A stretch of 64,000 nucleotides of DNA from Lytechinus pictus. Lineage: Eukaryota. Where the stretch lies: NCBI RefSeq assembly GCF_037042905.1, contig NC_087245.1, positions 20,524,001-20,588,000 of the forward strand, read 5' to 3'. The position numbers were made by a program, and so were the translations under genes. Below the pieces are notes generated by a model. That model did not search any database and was not told the DNA's origin. It saw only the letters and a list, made by a program, of their open reading frames with translations. Positions 52,440 through 64,000 of the stretch are shown here, piece after piece. How positions within the stretch are numbered: position 1 is the stretch's first letter; each line of letters opens with the position of its first letter.

Positions 52440-55400
52440 TCTTGAAATTTGTCACTCTATACTACTTTTCTATTTTCGCTCTATCCCCCCTCAGACATTT
52501 CAATCCCCCTGTCCGCTGCTTATATACCCCCAAAAGAAAACCCCTTTTCTCGCCCTCCGGGCCAACACGAATTATTAGAATCTTGGCTTGTTCATCACTC
52601 TATACTAGCACCTTAATATGCCCAACAACTCTTCAATATTGCTTTATTCCGTATTTTCATGTAGCTTGTCACTCTATACTAGCACCTTAATATGCCCAAA
52701 AGAATTTTGAATAAAATTTGCTTTTCCTACTTTTCTCTTTCGCTCTATCCCCCCTCAGACATTTCAATCCCCCTGTCCGCTGCTTATATACCCCCAAAAG
52801 AAAACCCCTTTTCTCGCCCTCCGGGCCAACACGAATTATTAGAATCTTGGCTTGTTCATCACTCTATACTAGCACCTTAATATGCCCCCCAACTTTTCAA
52901 TATTGCTTTATTCCGTATTTTCATGAAGCTTGTCACTCTATACTAGCACCTTAATATGCCCAAAAGAATTTTGAATAAAATTTGCTTTTCCTACTTTTCT
53001 CTTTTCGCTCTATCCCCCCTCAGACATTTCAATCCCCCTGTCCGCTGCTTATATACCCCCAAAAGAAAACCCCTTTTCTCGCCCTCTGGGCCAACACGAA
53101 TTATTAGAATCTTGGCTTGTTCATCACTCTATACTAGCACCTTAATATGCCCCCCAACTTTTCAATATTGCTTTATTCCGTATTTTCATGAAGCTTGTCA
53201 CTCTATACTAGCACCTTAATATGCCCAAAAGAATTTTGAATAAAATTTGCTTTTCCTACTTTTCTCTTTTCGCTCTATCCCCCCTCAGACATTTCAATCC
53301 CCCTGTCCGCTGCTTATATACCCCCAAAAGAAAACCCCTTTTCTCGCCCTCTGGGCCAACACGAATTATTAGAATCTTGGCTTGTTCATCACTCTATACT
53401 AGCACCTTAATATGCCCCCCAACTTTTCAATATTGCTTTATTCCGTATTTTCATGAAGCTTGTCACTCTATACTAGCACCTTAATATGCCCAAAAGAATT
53501 TTGAATAAAATTTGCTTTTCCTACTTTTCTCTTTCGCTCTATCCCCCCTCAGACATTTCAATCCCCCTGTCCGCTGCTTATATACCCCCAAAAGAAAACC
53601 CCTTTTCTCGCCCTCCGGGCCAACACGAATTATTAGAATCTTGGCTTGTTCTTCACTCTATACTAGCACCTTAATATGCCCAACAACTTTTCAATATTGC
53701 TTTATTCCGTATTTTCATGAAGCTTGTCACTCTATACTAGCACCTTAAAATGCCCAACAACTTTTATATATTGCTTTATTCCGTATTTTCATGAAGCTTG
53801 TCACTCTATACTAGCACCTTAATATGCCCAAAAGAATTTTGATTAAAATATGCTTTTCCTACTTTTCTCTTTTCGCTCTACCCCCCCTCAGACATTTCAA
53901 TCCCCCTGTCCGCTGCTTATATACCCCCAAAAGAAAACCCCTTTTCTCGCCCTCTGGGCCAACACGAATTATTAGAATCTTGGCTTGTTCATCACTCTAT
54001 ACTAGCACCTTAATATGCCCCCCAACTTTTCAATATTGCTTTATTCCGTATTTTCATGAAGCTTGTCACTCTATACTAGCACCTTAATATGCCCAACAAC
54101 TTTTATATATTGCTTTACTCCGTATTTTCATGAAGCTTGTCACTCTATACTAGCACCTTAATATGCCCAAAAGAGTTTTGATTAAAATATGCTTTCCTAC
54201 TTTTCTATTTTCGCTCTATCCCCCCTCAGACATTTCAATCCCCCTGTCCGCTGCTTATATACCCCGAAAAAGAAAACCCCTTTTCTCGCCCTCCGGGCCA
54301 ACACGAATTATTAGAATCTTGGCTTGTTCATCACTCTATACTAGCACCTTAATATGCCCAACAACTCTTCAATATTGCTTTATTCCGTATTTTCATGAAG
54401 CTTGTCACTCTATACTAGCACCTTAATATGCCCAACAATTTTTATATATTGCTTTTTTCCATATTTTCATGAAGCTTGTCACTCTATACTAGCACCTTAA
54501 TATGCCCAAAAGAGTTTTGACTAGAATATGCTTTCCTACTTTTCTCTTTTCGCTCTATCCCCCCTCAGACATTTCAATCCCCCTGTCCGCTGCTTATATA
54601 CCCCCAAAAGAAAACCCCTTTTCTCGCCCTCCGGGCCAACACGAATTATTAGAATCTTGGCTTGTTCATCACTCTATACTAGCACCTTAATATGCCCAAC
54701 AACTCTTCAATATTGCTTTATTCCGTATTTTCATGAAGCTTGTCACTCTATACTAGCACCTTAATATGCCCAACAACTTTTATATATTGCTTTTTTCCGT
54801 ATTTTCATGAAATTTGTCACTCTATACTAGCACCTTAATATGCCCAAAAGAATTTTGATTAAAATATGCTTTCCTACTTTTCTATTTTTGCTCTATCCCC
54901 CCTCAGACATTTCAATCCCCCTGTCCGCAGCTTATATACCCCCAAAAGAAAACCCCTTTTCTCGCCCTCCGGGCCAACACGAATTATTAGAATCTTGGCT
55001 TGTTCATCACTCTATACTAGCACCTTAATATGCCCAACAACTCTTCAATATTGCTTTATTCCGTATTTTCATGAAGCTTGTCACTCTATACTAGCACCTT
55101 AATATGCCCAAAAGAATTTTGAATAAAATTTGCTTTTCCTACTTTTCTCTTTCGCTCTATCCCCCCTCAGACATTTCAATCCCCCTGTCCGCTGCTTATA
55201 TACCCCCAAAAGAAAACCCCTTTTCTCGCCTTCCGGGCCAACACGAATTATTAGAATCTTGGCTTGTTCTTCACTCTATACTAGCACCTTAATATGCCCA
55301 ACAACTTTTCAATATTGCTTTATTCCGTATTTTCATGAAGCTTGTCACTCTATACTAGCACCTTAATATGCCCAACAACTTTTATATATTGCTTTATTCC

Positions 55401-56995
55401 GTATTTTCATGAAGCTTGTCACTCTATACTAGCACCTTAATATGCCCAAAAGAGTTTTGACTAGAATATGCTTTCCTACTTTTCTCTTTTCGCTCTATCC
55501 CCCCTCAGACATTTCAATCCCCCTGTTCGCTGCTTATATACCCCCAAAAGAAAACCCCTTTTCTCGCCCTCCGGGCCAACACGAATTATTAGAATCTTGG
55601 CTTGTTCATCACTCTATACTAGCACCTTAATATGCCCAACAACTCTTCAATATTGCTTTATTCCGTATTTTCATGAAGCTTGTCACTCTATACTAGCACC
55701 TTAATATGCCCAACAACTTTTATATATTGCTTTTTTCCGTATTTTCATGAAATTTGTCACTCTATACTAGCACCTTAATATGCCCAAAAGAATTTTGATT
55801 AAAATATGCTTTCCTACTTTTCTATTTTCGCTCTATCCCCCCTCAGACATTTCAATCCCCCTGTCCGCAGCTTATATACCCCCAAAAGAAAACCCCTTTT
55901 CTCGCCCTCCGGGCCAACACGAATTATTAGAATCTTGGCTTGTTCATCACTCTATACTAGCACCTTAATATGCCCAACAACTCTTCAATATTGCTTTATT
56001 CCGTATTTTCATGAAGCTTGTCACTCTATACTAGCACCTTGATATGCCCAAAAGAATTTTGAATAAAATTTGCTTTTCCTACTTTTCTCTTTCGCTCTAT
56101 CCCCCCTCAGACATTTCAATCCCCCTGTCCGCTGCTTATATACCCCCAAAAGAAAACCCCTTTTCTCGCCCTCCGGGCCAACACGAATTATTAGAATCTT
56201 GGCTTGTTCTTCACTCTATACTAGCACCTTAATATGCCCAACAACTTTTCAATATTGCTTTATTCCGTATTTTCATGAAGCTTGTCACTCTATACTAGCA
56301 CCTTAATATGCCCAACAACTTTTATATATTGCTTTATTCCGTATTTTCATGAAGCTTGTCACTCTATACTAGCACCTTAATATGCCCAAAAGAGTTTTGA
56401 TTAAAATATGCTTTCCTACTTTTCTCTTTTCGCTCTATCCCCCCTCAGACATTTCAATCCCCCTGTCCGCTGCTTATATACCCCCAAAAGAAAACCCCTT
56501 TTCTCGCCCTCCGGGCCAACACGAATTATTAGAATCTTGGCTTGTTCATCACTCTATACTAGCACCTTAATATGCCCAACAACTCTTCAATATTGCTTTA
56601 TTCCGTATTTTCATGAAGCTTGTCACTCTATACTAGCACCTTAATATGCCCAACAACTTTTATATATTGCTTTTTTCCGTATTTTCATGAAATTTGTCAC
56701 TCTATACTAGCACCTTAATATGCCCAAAAGAATTTTGATTAAAATATGCTTTCCTACTTTTCTATTTTCGCTCTATCCCCCCTCAGACATTTCAATCCCC
56801 CTGTCCGCAGCTTATATACCCCCAAAAGAAAACCCCTTTTCTCGCCCTCCGGGCCAACACGAATTATTAGAATCTTGGCTTGTTCATCACTCTATACTAG
56901 CACCTTAATATGCCCAACAACTTTTCTATATTGCTTTATTCCGTATATTTATGAAGTTTGTCACTCTATACTAGCACCTTAATATACCCACAGAA
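52440..56995. repeat. Composite tandem array of 264/338-bp units built from a ~190-bp module plus one or two 74-bp modules
   Basis: Every module ends in CACTCTATACTAGCACCTTAATATGCCC; repeated ORF starts give spacings 264,265,265,338,339,339,338,264,338,338,264,338,338. Confidence 0.97.
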
Positions 56996-59932
56996 TATTA
57001 AATTGTGTTCAAAATTTTCTATATCGCTTTATTCTGTATTTTGATAAGTTTGTCACTTTATACCAGCACCTTAAAGGGGAATCCAACCCAAATAAAAAAT
57101 TGTTTTTATAAGGAAAAGAAAAATCAGACAAGTTGATAGGTGAAAGTTTGAACAATATTGGACAAACAACAAGAAAGTTATGAATTTTTAAAAGTTGTAA
57201 ATATTGGTAATCACTGTACCCATGGAGACTTCAAATTGGCTGCATATGGGATGTCATAGTGATGTAAGGCAAGGACTACTCTTCCATGTACTCCAATTCA
57301 TATTATGGCAAAAATGTGATTTTTTTTCCCAAAAGTTTTATTTCAAATTAATATTTTTCTTTCATGAGGACATAAAACAATATACTACCTGGGTTATATT
57401 TAGATTACTGCCCCAGGGGAATGGGTACTTAGGAGAAAACCACTAATCCCTGATAATAAAGTACATGGCCTATGGGAAAGTTGTCCTTGCCCCTTGTCAT
57501 AATTTACTTATCCAGTTGCCAATTTGAAATCTACATAGTATTAGTGATCTCAATTTTAAAGCAGCTATAACTTTCTTATTGCTTGTCCAATTTCTTTCAA
57601 ACTTTCACCATTCTGTTTAATTTATTTTTCTCCTTCCCAACACAACATTTAATGGCCAAGGCTGGATTCCCCTTTAATATGCCAACATTTCTGTTTTGCT
57701 TTATTCTGTATATTTTGTATGCAGTCACTCTATACTGCATCAAATTAATACGGACTAAAGCAATAGAGAATTAAGAATCTTGGCTCGATCATCACTTAGT
57801 ACTTTATGCCCACAAACTTTTCTTTATTCCGTATTTTGGTAAAGCTTGTCACTCTTTATTAGCACCTTAATAATTATGCCCCCCCCCCCAAAAAAAAAAA
57901 AAAATCTATTATTGCGTTTCAACTTTACTATATCGGTTTTTACGTATTTTGTTGAAGTTTTTATACTAACACTCTAATATGCCTCCCATTTGTGTTGCCT
58001 TACTTTTCCTTCGCTCTTCGCCCAGCCAAACATTTCAAACCCAGAACACCACTTTTCCCGCCCTCCGGTCAATAGTAATTATTAGAATCTCGGTTGATTT
58101 GTCCCTATATATACTCACCAAGTTTTCTCTATAAGCTTTATCCCGTATTTAGTGAAGTTTGTCACTATACTAGCACCTTAATCAATTTGCCCATCAAAAA
58201 ATTCAAATTGCGTTTTAACATATGTTTTTCCTTTATTCCGTATTTGTAGCTAATCACCTTTGGAATATACATCTGTACCATTAAAAGTTCGTCTTGCTCT
58301 TTCTTGAGGAAAATAAAAATAAGCTAACATTGACAAAATCCATTTATGATAGAGTGACGATGGAAGAGTAGAAAAGATACGCAAAAATGTTGGACATAAT
58401 AAGATGCCCTATATAGAGTTTAACAATTACGGAATAAAGCAATATTGCGAAGGAGGAAAATTGAGAAACAACATAAAAATACAGCATAAAGTGAAAGTTC
58501 ATGAATAAATAAAATCATGAACAGATGAAAAAAAGAAAAAAAAAACAGAGACACGTAATAAAGCAATATACACCATAAAGAATGAAGACTATAAACAAAC
58601 ATAACAAATTTATTTATTTATTTAAATATCTTTATACAGGATAACAAGCTCAGATTCACTGTTTTTAAACATGGTCCTGTTAAAATGAAATAACAATATA
58701 TACAAAAAGATAAAAGTGTAACTTAGGTTCTATACAAATAGTGAATGAATTCGATATCAATAACATTAAAATCAGAATCATCACTAGTAAAACAATTGTA
58801 TAAAAATAACATATTCAATTTTTGAGGAATCAATTAAATGAGAACATTTCTCTCTTGCTTTATTCCATATTTCAAGAAATTTGGGCCTGTATACTAGCAA
58901 CTTAATATGCCCACCAACTTTTCTATATTGCTTTATTCCGTATATTTATGAAGTTTGTCACTCTATACTAGCACCTTAATATACCCACAGAAAATTAAAT
59001 TGTGTTCAAAATTTTCTATATCGCTTTATTCCGTATTTTGATAAGTTTGTCACTTTATACTAGCACCTTAATATGCCAACATTTCTGTATTGCTTTATTC
59101 TGTATATTTTGTATGCAGTCACTCTATACTGCATCAAATTGATACGGACTAAAGCAATAGAGAATTAAGAATCTTGGCTCGATCATCACTTAGTACTTTA
59201 TGCCCACAAACTTTTCTTTATTACTTTATTCCGTATTTTGGTGAAGCTTAAATGTCACTCTTTATTAGCACCTAAATAATTATGCCCCCCCCAAAAAAAA
59301 AAAATAATAATCTATTATTGCGTTTCAACTTTACTATATCGGTTTTTACGTATTTTGTTGAAGATTTTATACTAACACCCGAATATGCCTCCCATTTTTG
59401 TTGCCTTATATACTTTTCCTTCGCTCTACCCCCCGCCCAGCCAGACATTTCAAACCCAGAACACCACTTTTCCCGCCCTCCGGTCAATAGTAATTATTAG
59501 AATCTCGGTTGATTAGTCCCTATGCTCACCAAGTTTTCTCTCTAAGCTTTATCCCGTATTTAGTGAAGTTTGTCACTATACTAGCACCTTAATCAATTTG
59601 CCCATCAAAAAATTCAAATTGCGTTTTAACATATGTTTTTCCTTTATTCCGTATATTTGCAGCTAATCACCTTTGAAATATACATCTGTACCATTAAAAG
59701 TTCGTCTTGCTCTTTCTTGAGGAAAATAAAAATAAGCTAACATTGACAAAATCCATTTATGATAGGGTGACGATGGAAGAGTAGAAAAGATACGCAAAAA
59801 TGTTGGACATAATAAAATGCCCTATATAGAGTTTAACAATTACGGAATAAAGCAATATTGCGAAGGAGGAAAATTGAGAAACAACATAAAAATACAGCAT
59901 AAAGTGAAAGTTCATGAATATATAAAATCATG
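56900..59932 (+). repeat. ~1-kb direct duplication (copy 1 ~56900-58518 including a MITE; copy 2 ~58890-59932)
   Basis: Near-identical text in both copies, e.g. gcatcaaatt.atacggactaaagcaatagagaattaagaatc and tacatctgtaccattaaaagttcgtcttgctc. Confidence 0.92.
57075..57673. mobile_element. Kolobok-type MITE, TTAA TSD
   Basis: TTAA|AGGGGAATCCA...TGGATTCCCCT|TTAA; the empty site (agcaccTTAAtatgccaac) is visible in the paralogous copy at ~59062-59080. Confidence 0.9.
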
Positions 59933-60785
59933 CATAAAAGTTTATGCATTATGTGCGAGATGCGGCAAGACACATCTTGATGTCAGTGGGGCACGATTGA
60001 CATGGAGGGCGCAACTTTTCGCAGAGGATTAGAGTGAGGATTGTTTGAGAGGATTAGAGTGAAGAAAGAAAGGTTTGAGAGAGATGATTGATGAGCTTGC
60101 CGGGCGAAAAAAAAAATGAGGAAATTTGTTGACTTGGAATATTTTGGCGGAAGGAGTGAAGGAGGTTAAAATTCAATATAACGGGGCATTTATATATAAC
60201 CAAGAAGGATAACGCAAAAGTGAGTATATGAAATTATTTACAATTTCTTGTGCATACTTTTTTTTTCAATTTTGCCGTGCCTACCAAAATGCCACATTTA
60301 TTTGAAAATATCTGAGAAGATCGTATATTGGCGGACCGATAGCGACATGAGGTTTGCTGTAGAGGGGATAACTTGGGAGTTTGAATGAAAAAAAGGAAGC
60401 TATATATATGTTAAAATAAAGTTTTAGGCCTACACGCCGACTACGAACATCAAGTGCAAACTAGTTGCGTGAGTTTTTTGTTCAATGTTTAGGCCCCCTG
60501 TTGCCTAAACAGAGAAATGTTTCGGGTGTTATTTCAGGTGACTCAATATACTCAATAGTAAACGCACATCGTGTTAAAATACATAGCGATAATATAAACG
60601 AAGTGAAAAAAATAACAAAATCCTGTTTGGAATTATTGGTACCATTATCTATAGCCCCTGGATCCTTAAATATATATATTTTCTAATGAATTAAATCACT
60701 GATCGTTGATTCCCTGGCCTGCTATAACTGCCGCCGGGGAAACCTCCGTACGACTTGAGCGCTAAACCAGTTTCGGCTGTCAGCT

Positions 60786-60858
60786 CATCTCATGTGGCAT
60801 GCTGACTACGATGCTGGACTGCAGATCAGAAGGTTCGAGTTCGATCCCCATCAAGGAC
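60786..60858 (+). pseudogene. Degenerate tRNA-Cys(GCA)-like sequence
   Basis: TGGACT-GCA-GATCAGAAGGT..GAGTTCGATCCC resembles the tRNA-Cys anticodon and T arms; D arm and acceptor stem are decayed. Confidence 0.5.
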
Positions 60859-61360
60859 AGAAAAAATAAGGTTAGTAAAACAATGTTATGTAATATAATA
60901 TGAAATGAAATGCACAGTATGATGAATAAATTGGATGGAATGAATGAATGAGGAATAAATCTACCCACCATATATCATACAGAAAACACAAAAAGAAAAC
61001 GAAAATACAATGCACATAGTATTTTATTGAAAACCCGCCGATTTCATATATTTTAGTGCCCCTTCACCCCCCCCCCCATCCCTAATCCCCGCCCCTCTCT
61101 CGCATTCAGCTGAAATACCCATTAACACGCCACTTCACTGAACGCCGATATCCCGCTGACTGAGCTTTGTTATTGTGCGGTCATGTGTGACACCGGTCGC
61201 ACATTCTCTTATGCACGTCTAGCGATAAGAATTTTCACTGGGCTGAGCAGTTTTAATGGCGCTTGGGCACAATAGCGAATTTGGCCATATGTTTTGATCT
61301 TAAGCGGAGGCAAATAAAATTTAGTTGAACACGCTGACATGCGCGGTAATGTTTACGACT

Positions 61361-62075
61361 ATGCGTCCTCTATGAGTTTGGGATTACCTCCGCCATCACT
61401 ACGATGTAGAAAAGGTGAATATCATCGGAAACAACTTCAGATTGTAGTGCGTCTATTTCGGTAGGTCATGCGTCCTTTAAGAGTTTACGATTGCCTCCGC
61501 CATCACTACGATGTTGTAGAGAAGGTGAATATCATCGGAAACAACTTCAGATTGTAGTGCGTCTATTTTGGCAGGTCATGCGTCCTCTAAGAGTTTACGA
61601 TTACCTCCGCCATCACTACGAAGTTGTAGAGAATGTGAATATCATTGGAAACAACTTCAGATTGTAGTGCGTCTATTTCGGTAGGTCATGCGTCCTCTAA
61701 GAGTTTACGATTACCTCCGCCATCACTACTATGATGCTGTAGAGAAGGTGAATATCATCGTAATCAACTATGGATAATAGTGCGTCTATTTCGGTAGGTC
61801 ATGCGTCCTCTAAGAGTGTACGACTGCCTCTGCCATCACCACGATGTTGTAGAGAAGGTGAATATCATCGTAATCAACTTTGGATAATAGTGCGTCTATT
61901 TCGGTAGGTCATGCGTCCTCTAAGAGTTTACGATTACCTCCGCCATCACTACGATGTTGTAGAGAAGGTGAATATCATCGTAATCAACTTTGGATAATAG
62001 TGCGTCTATTTCGGTAGATCATGCGTCCTCTAAGAGTTTACGATTGCCTCCGCCATCACGATGTTGTAGAGAAGA
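61361..62075. repeat. 110-bp tandem repeat, ~6.5 copies
   Basis: ATGCGTCCTCTAAGAGTTTACGATTACCTCCGCCATCACTACGATGTTGTAGAGAAGGTGAATATCATCG... recurring at ~61363, 61470, 61580, 61690, 61803, 61913, 62023. Confidence 0.95.
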
Positions 62076-63391
62076 GGACTATCATTGATCGGCGGTAGTG
62101 TCGCGCGCTGCATCATCATTATCTTCTTTTCCTTCCTCCAATTATGTCGGAGATCAAAACAAATCATCTTCTTCCTCCGCTTTTGTCGGAGATCAAAACA
62201 AATCCTGTCATCAGTGTAGCTTGCAGCATTTGTCCACGTGCCGGCCACCCACAAATTTTAATGTATTTTTTTGTTTTTTAATATCTGCCGATCCGATATC
62301 CGAACCGATTTCGATTTTAGGAGCAAATCTTCCGAACCGAACTCCGATCCCGTTATTGCTCTAACTTACAACGTATGGACTCTTGGAGAGAGTTCAAAAT
62401 AATATATAGCCCTAAATAATGTATGATGGGAGAGTGGAAATATATACCAAAATATGGCTTTATTCCATCAAATTTATAAGCAGAATTGAGTGCATGTAAT
62501 AGACATCGGTTTAAGTAGTCAGTAAACATGATAAAGGGTCTGAAAGCCTTAGTTGAGGAATCGGCGTATGATCCCTAGAAAACCGCATCCAGTATAAGCG
62601 CTTCTCGCTGGCATAGGGCGATAGCGGGAAGAATCTTGACTGCAGATACAGCGATTTGGGTCATGTGGGTTTGAGTCCAAGATAAGGTACAGTATATGTA
62701 AGAAACACACACACAAAAAAAAACGATAGAGAAACAGGAAGTGAATGAACCGGAAGTCTTGACAATCTTTTGTTATTTTTGGTGGCTGTTGCAATAGGAT
62801 AGACTCTTGGAGAAGGATATGACGGACAGCAGTTGGGAACATGAATGTAGACAGATTACCGGCATGAATAACAGACCCTGTATACTAACAATATAGAACC
62901 TCTACTGGGCAAGATCCTGGTGGATACAATGATAAAGGATGTGACTATAGTGTTTGGGCAAAAGCTACTAATCAACCCTGTCTAAAGCGCCACTAATCCA
63001 CACTAAAATCTATCACCGTTCTCTATCTTCTATACTGCCATTTATACACATAAAGGACAGCTGGATCACCGCAAACTGCCAAAAGCATGAAAAGATTACT
63101 TGACCTCAAAACCACTACTTTTTCCATCTTTCAGGAACAGTTTAGTCCACCATTTGGTGTATTGAATTGGTCTTACGTGTATACCACTCAAAGCTCAGAT
63201 TTTTTTTTTTTATAGATGTACCAAATCAACACTTCTCAAACAATAAAACCACTATGGATAAGTTAATTAAGGTTGGTAGTGATAAATGTGATCCAAGGAA
63301 ATCTGGAGGGATTTTAGCAAGTTTCTGGCTACAATTCACAATGTTAATTGCGAACTCCTTGTGCTTGTCCAGCATTGTGAATACCCATGAG

Positions 63392-63516
63392 CAGGGGCCG
63401 CGGAACGGTTTTCAAAGTGGGGGGGCTGACCATGCTAAAAATCTAAAACAAAAGTTTTTGTACACGGTTTTGGAAAAAAGTGGGGGGCTCCAGCCCCCCC
63501 GCTTCCGCGGCCCCTG
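63392..63516. mobile_element. 125-bp MITE with 5-bp TSD
   Basis: ATGAG|CAGGGGCCGCGGAA...TTCCGCGGCCCCTG|ATGAG. Confidence 0.85.
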
Positions 63517-63599
63517 ATGAGTATGTACTCTGCATTGCCCCTAACACTCAACTATGCATCATTTTGTCTAAGAAACATGACAGGGGGATAGGGGAAGGT

Positions 63600-64000
63600 T
63601 TAAAATTTCATATTCATATCCACCCCAGGAAAATGCTGAGTTGAATAAATAGAGAAAAATCAAACTAGCATAATGCTGAAAACTTCATCAAAATCGGATG
63701 TAAAAAATAAGAAAGTTACGATAATGACATTTTAAATTTTGCTTATTTTTCACAAAACAGTGATATGCACAACTAGGTGAGTCAGTCGATGATGTCCATC
63801 ACTCACTATTTCTTTCGTTTTTTATTGCTTGAATAATACAATATTTAATTTTTTATAGATTTGACAATAAAGACCAACTTGACTGAACCATATAATATTA
63901 AACAATGCTAATTCCACATGTTCAGGGAGGAATTAATTGTTGTTTCACTTGACAATGAGGAGAAAATTAGAATATTTTATATTTCATATAATAAAATACA
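63600..64000. mobile_element. Kolobok-type MITE, left part, running off the window
   Basis: Shares aaaatcggatgtaaaa..taagaaagtt and gtcgatgatgtcc.tcactcactatttc with 19113-19817. Confidence 0.65.

Larger units (their letters stand above)
51686..62373. mobile_element. Putative ~10.6-kb non-autonomous DNA element with inverted subterminal repeats, carrying both tandem arrays; boundaries approximate
   Basis: TTTGTTTTGATCTCCGACAAAAGCGGAGGAAGAAGA-type motif repeated on + at ~51853-52060 and on - at ~62110-62203; CCGATC/ATCGG-rich outer segments; no ORF; no TSD identified. Confidence 0.55.

Noticed and set aside
52440..56995. CRISPR-like array (28-bp repeat with intervening sequences) and the repeated 62-87 aa ORFs
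   Set aside because: The 'spacers' are only three recurring modules of 46 or ~160 bp, there are no cas genes and the context is eukaryotic; the ORFs frameshift between units.
62400..63050. Downstream exon of the plus-strand gene
   Set aside because: No clear open, splice-bounded frame or recognisable motif found.

Overview
This is AT-rich, intron-containing animal DNA, not prokaryotic. The repeat families (SURL/Mag-like Gypsy, tRNA-headed SINE, TTAA-targeting MITEs) suggest a sea urchin; that assignment is inference. Host genes: (1) a complete 5-exon minus-strand SLX9/FAM207A-like ribosome-biogenesis gene (50849->38334, 208 aa, all splice phases consistent); (2) the first coding exon of an alpha-catulin-like gene (30974->30849), with no exon 2 recognised in the 30 kb downstream; (3) a probable first exon of an unidentified membrane-protein gene head-to-head with SLX9 (ATG 51137). 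The rest is transposons and tandem repeats: a 6.5-kb ~126-134-bp satellite, a 4.5-kb composite satellite inside a ~10.6-kb non-coding element bearing tRNA-like modules, Helitron/Helentron-type elements, Kolobok-, Academ-, Harbinger-, hAT/P- and Merlin-like elements (several with visible TSDs), a SINE and a Tx1-like LINE remnant. The most unusual observation is a Gypsy retrotransposon (34906-38010) with INVERTED LTRs, each followed internally by a PBS, flanked by a perfect 5-bp direct TSD (GACAT). Most ORFs in the supplied track are spurious. All coordinates were read by eye and may be off by a few bases.
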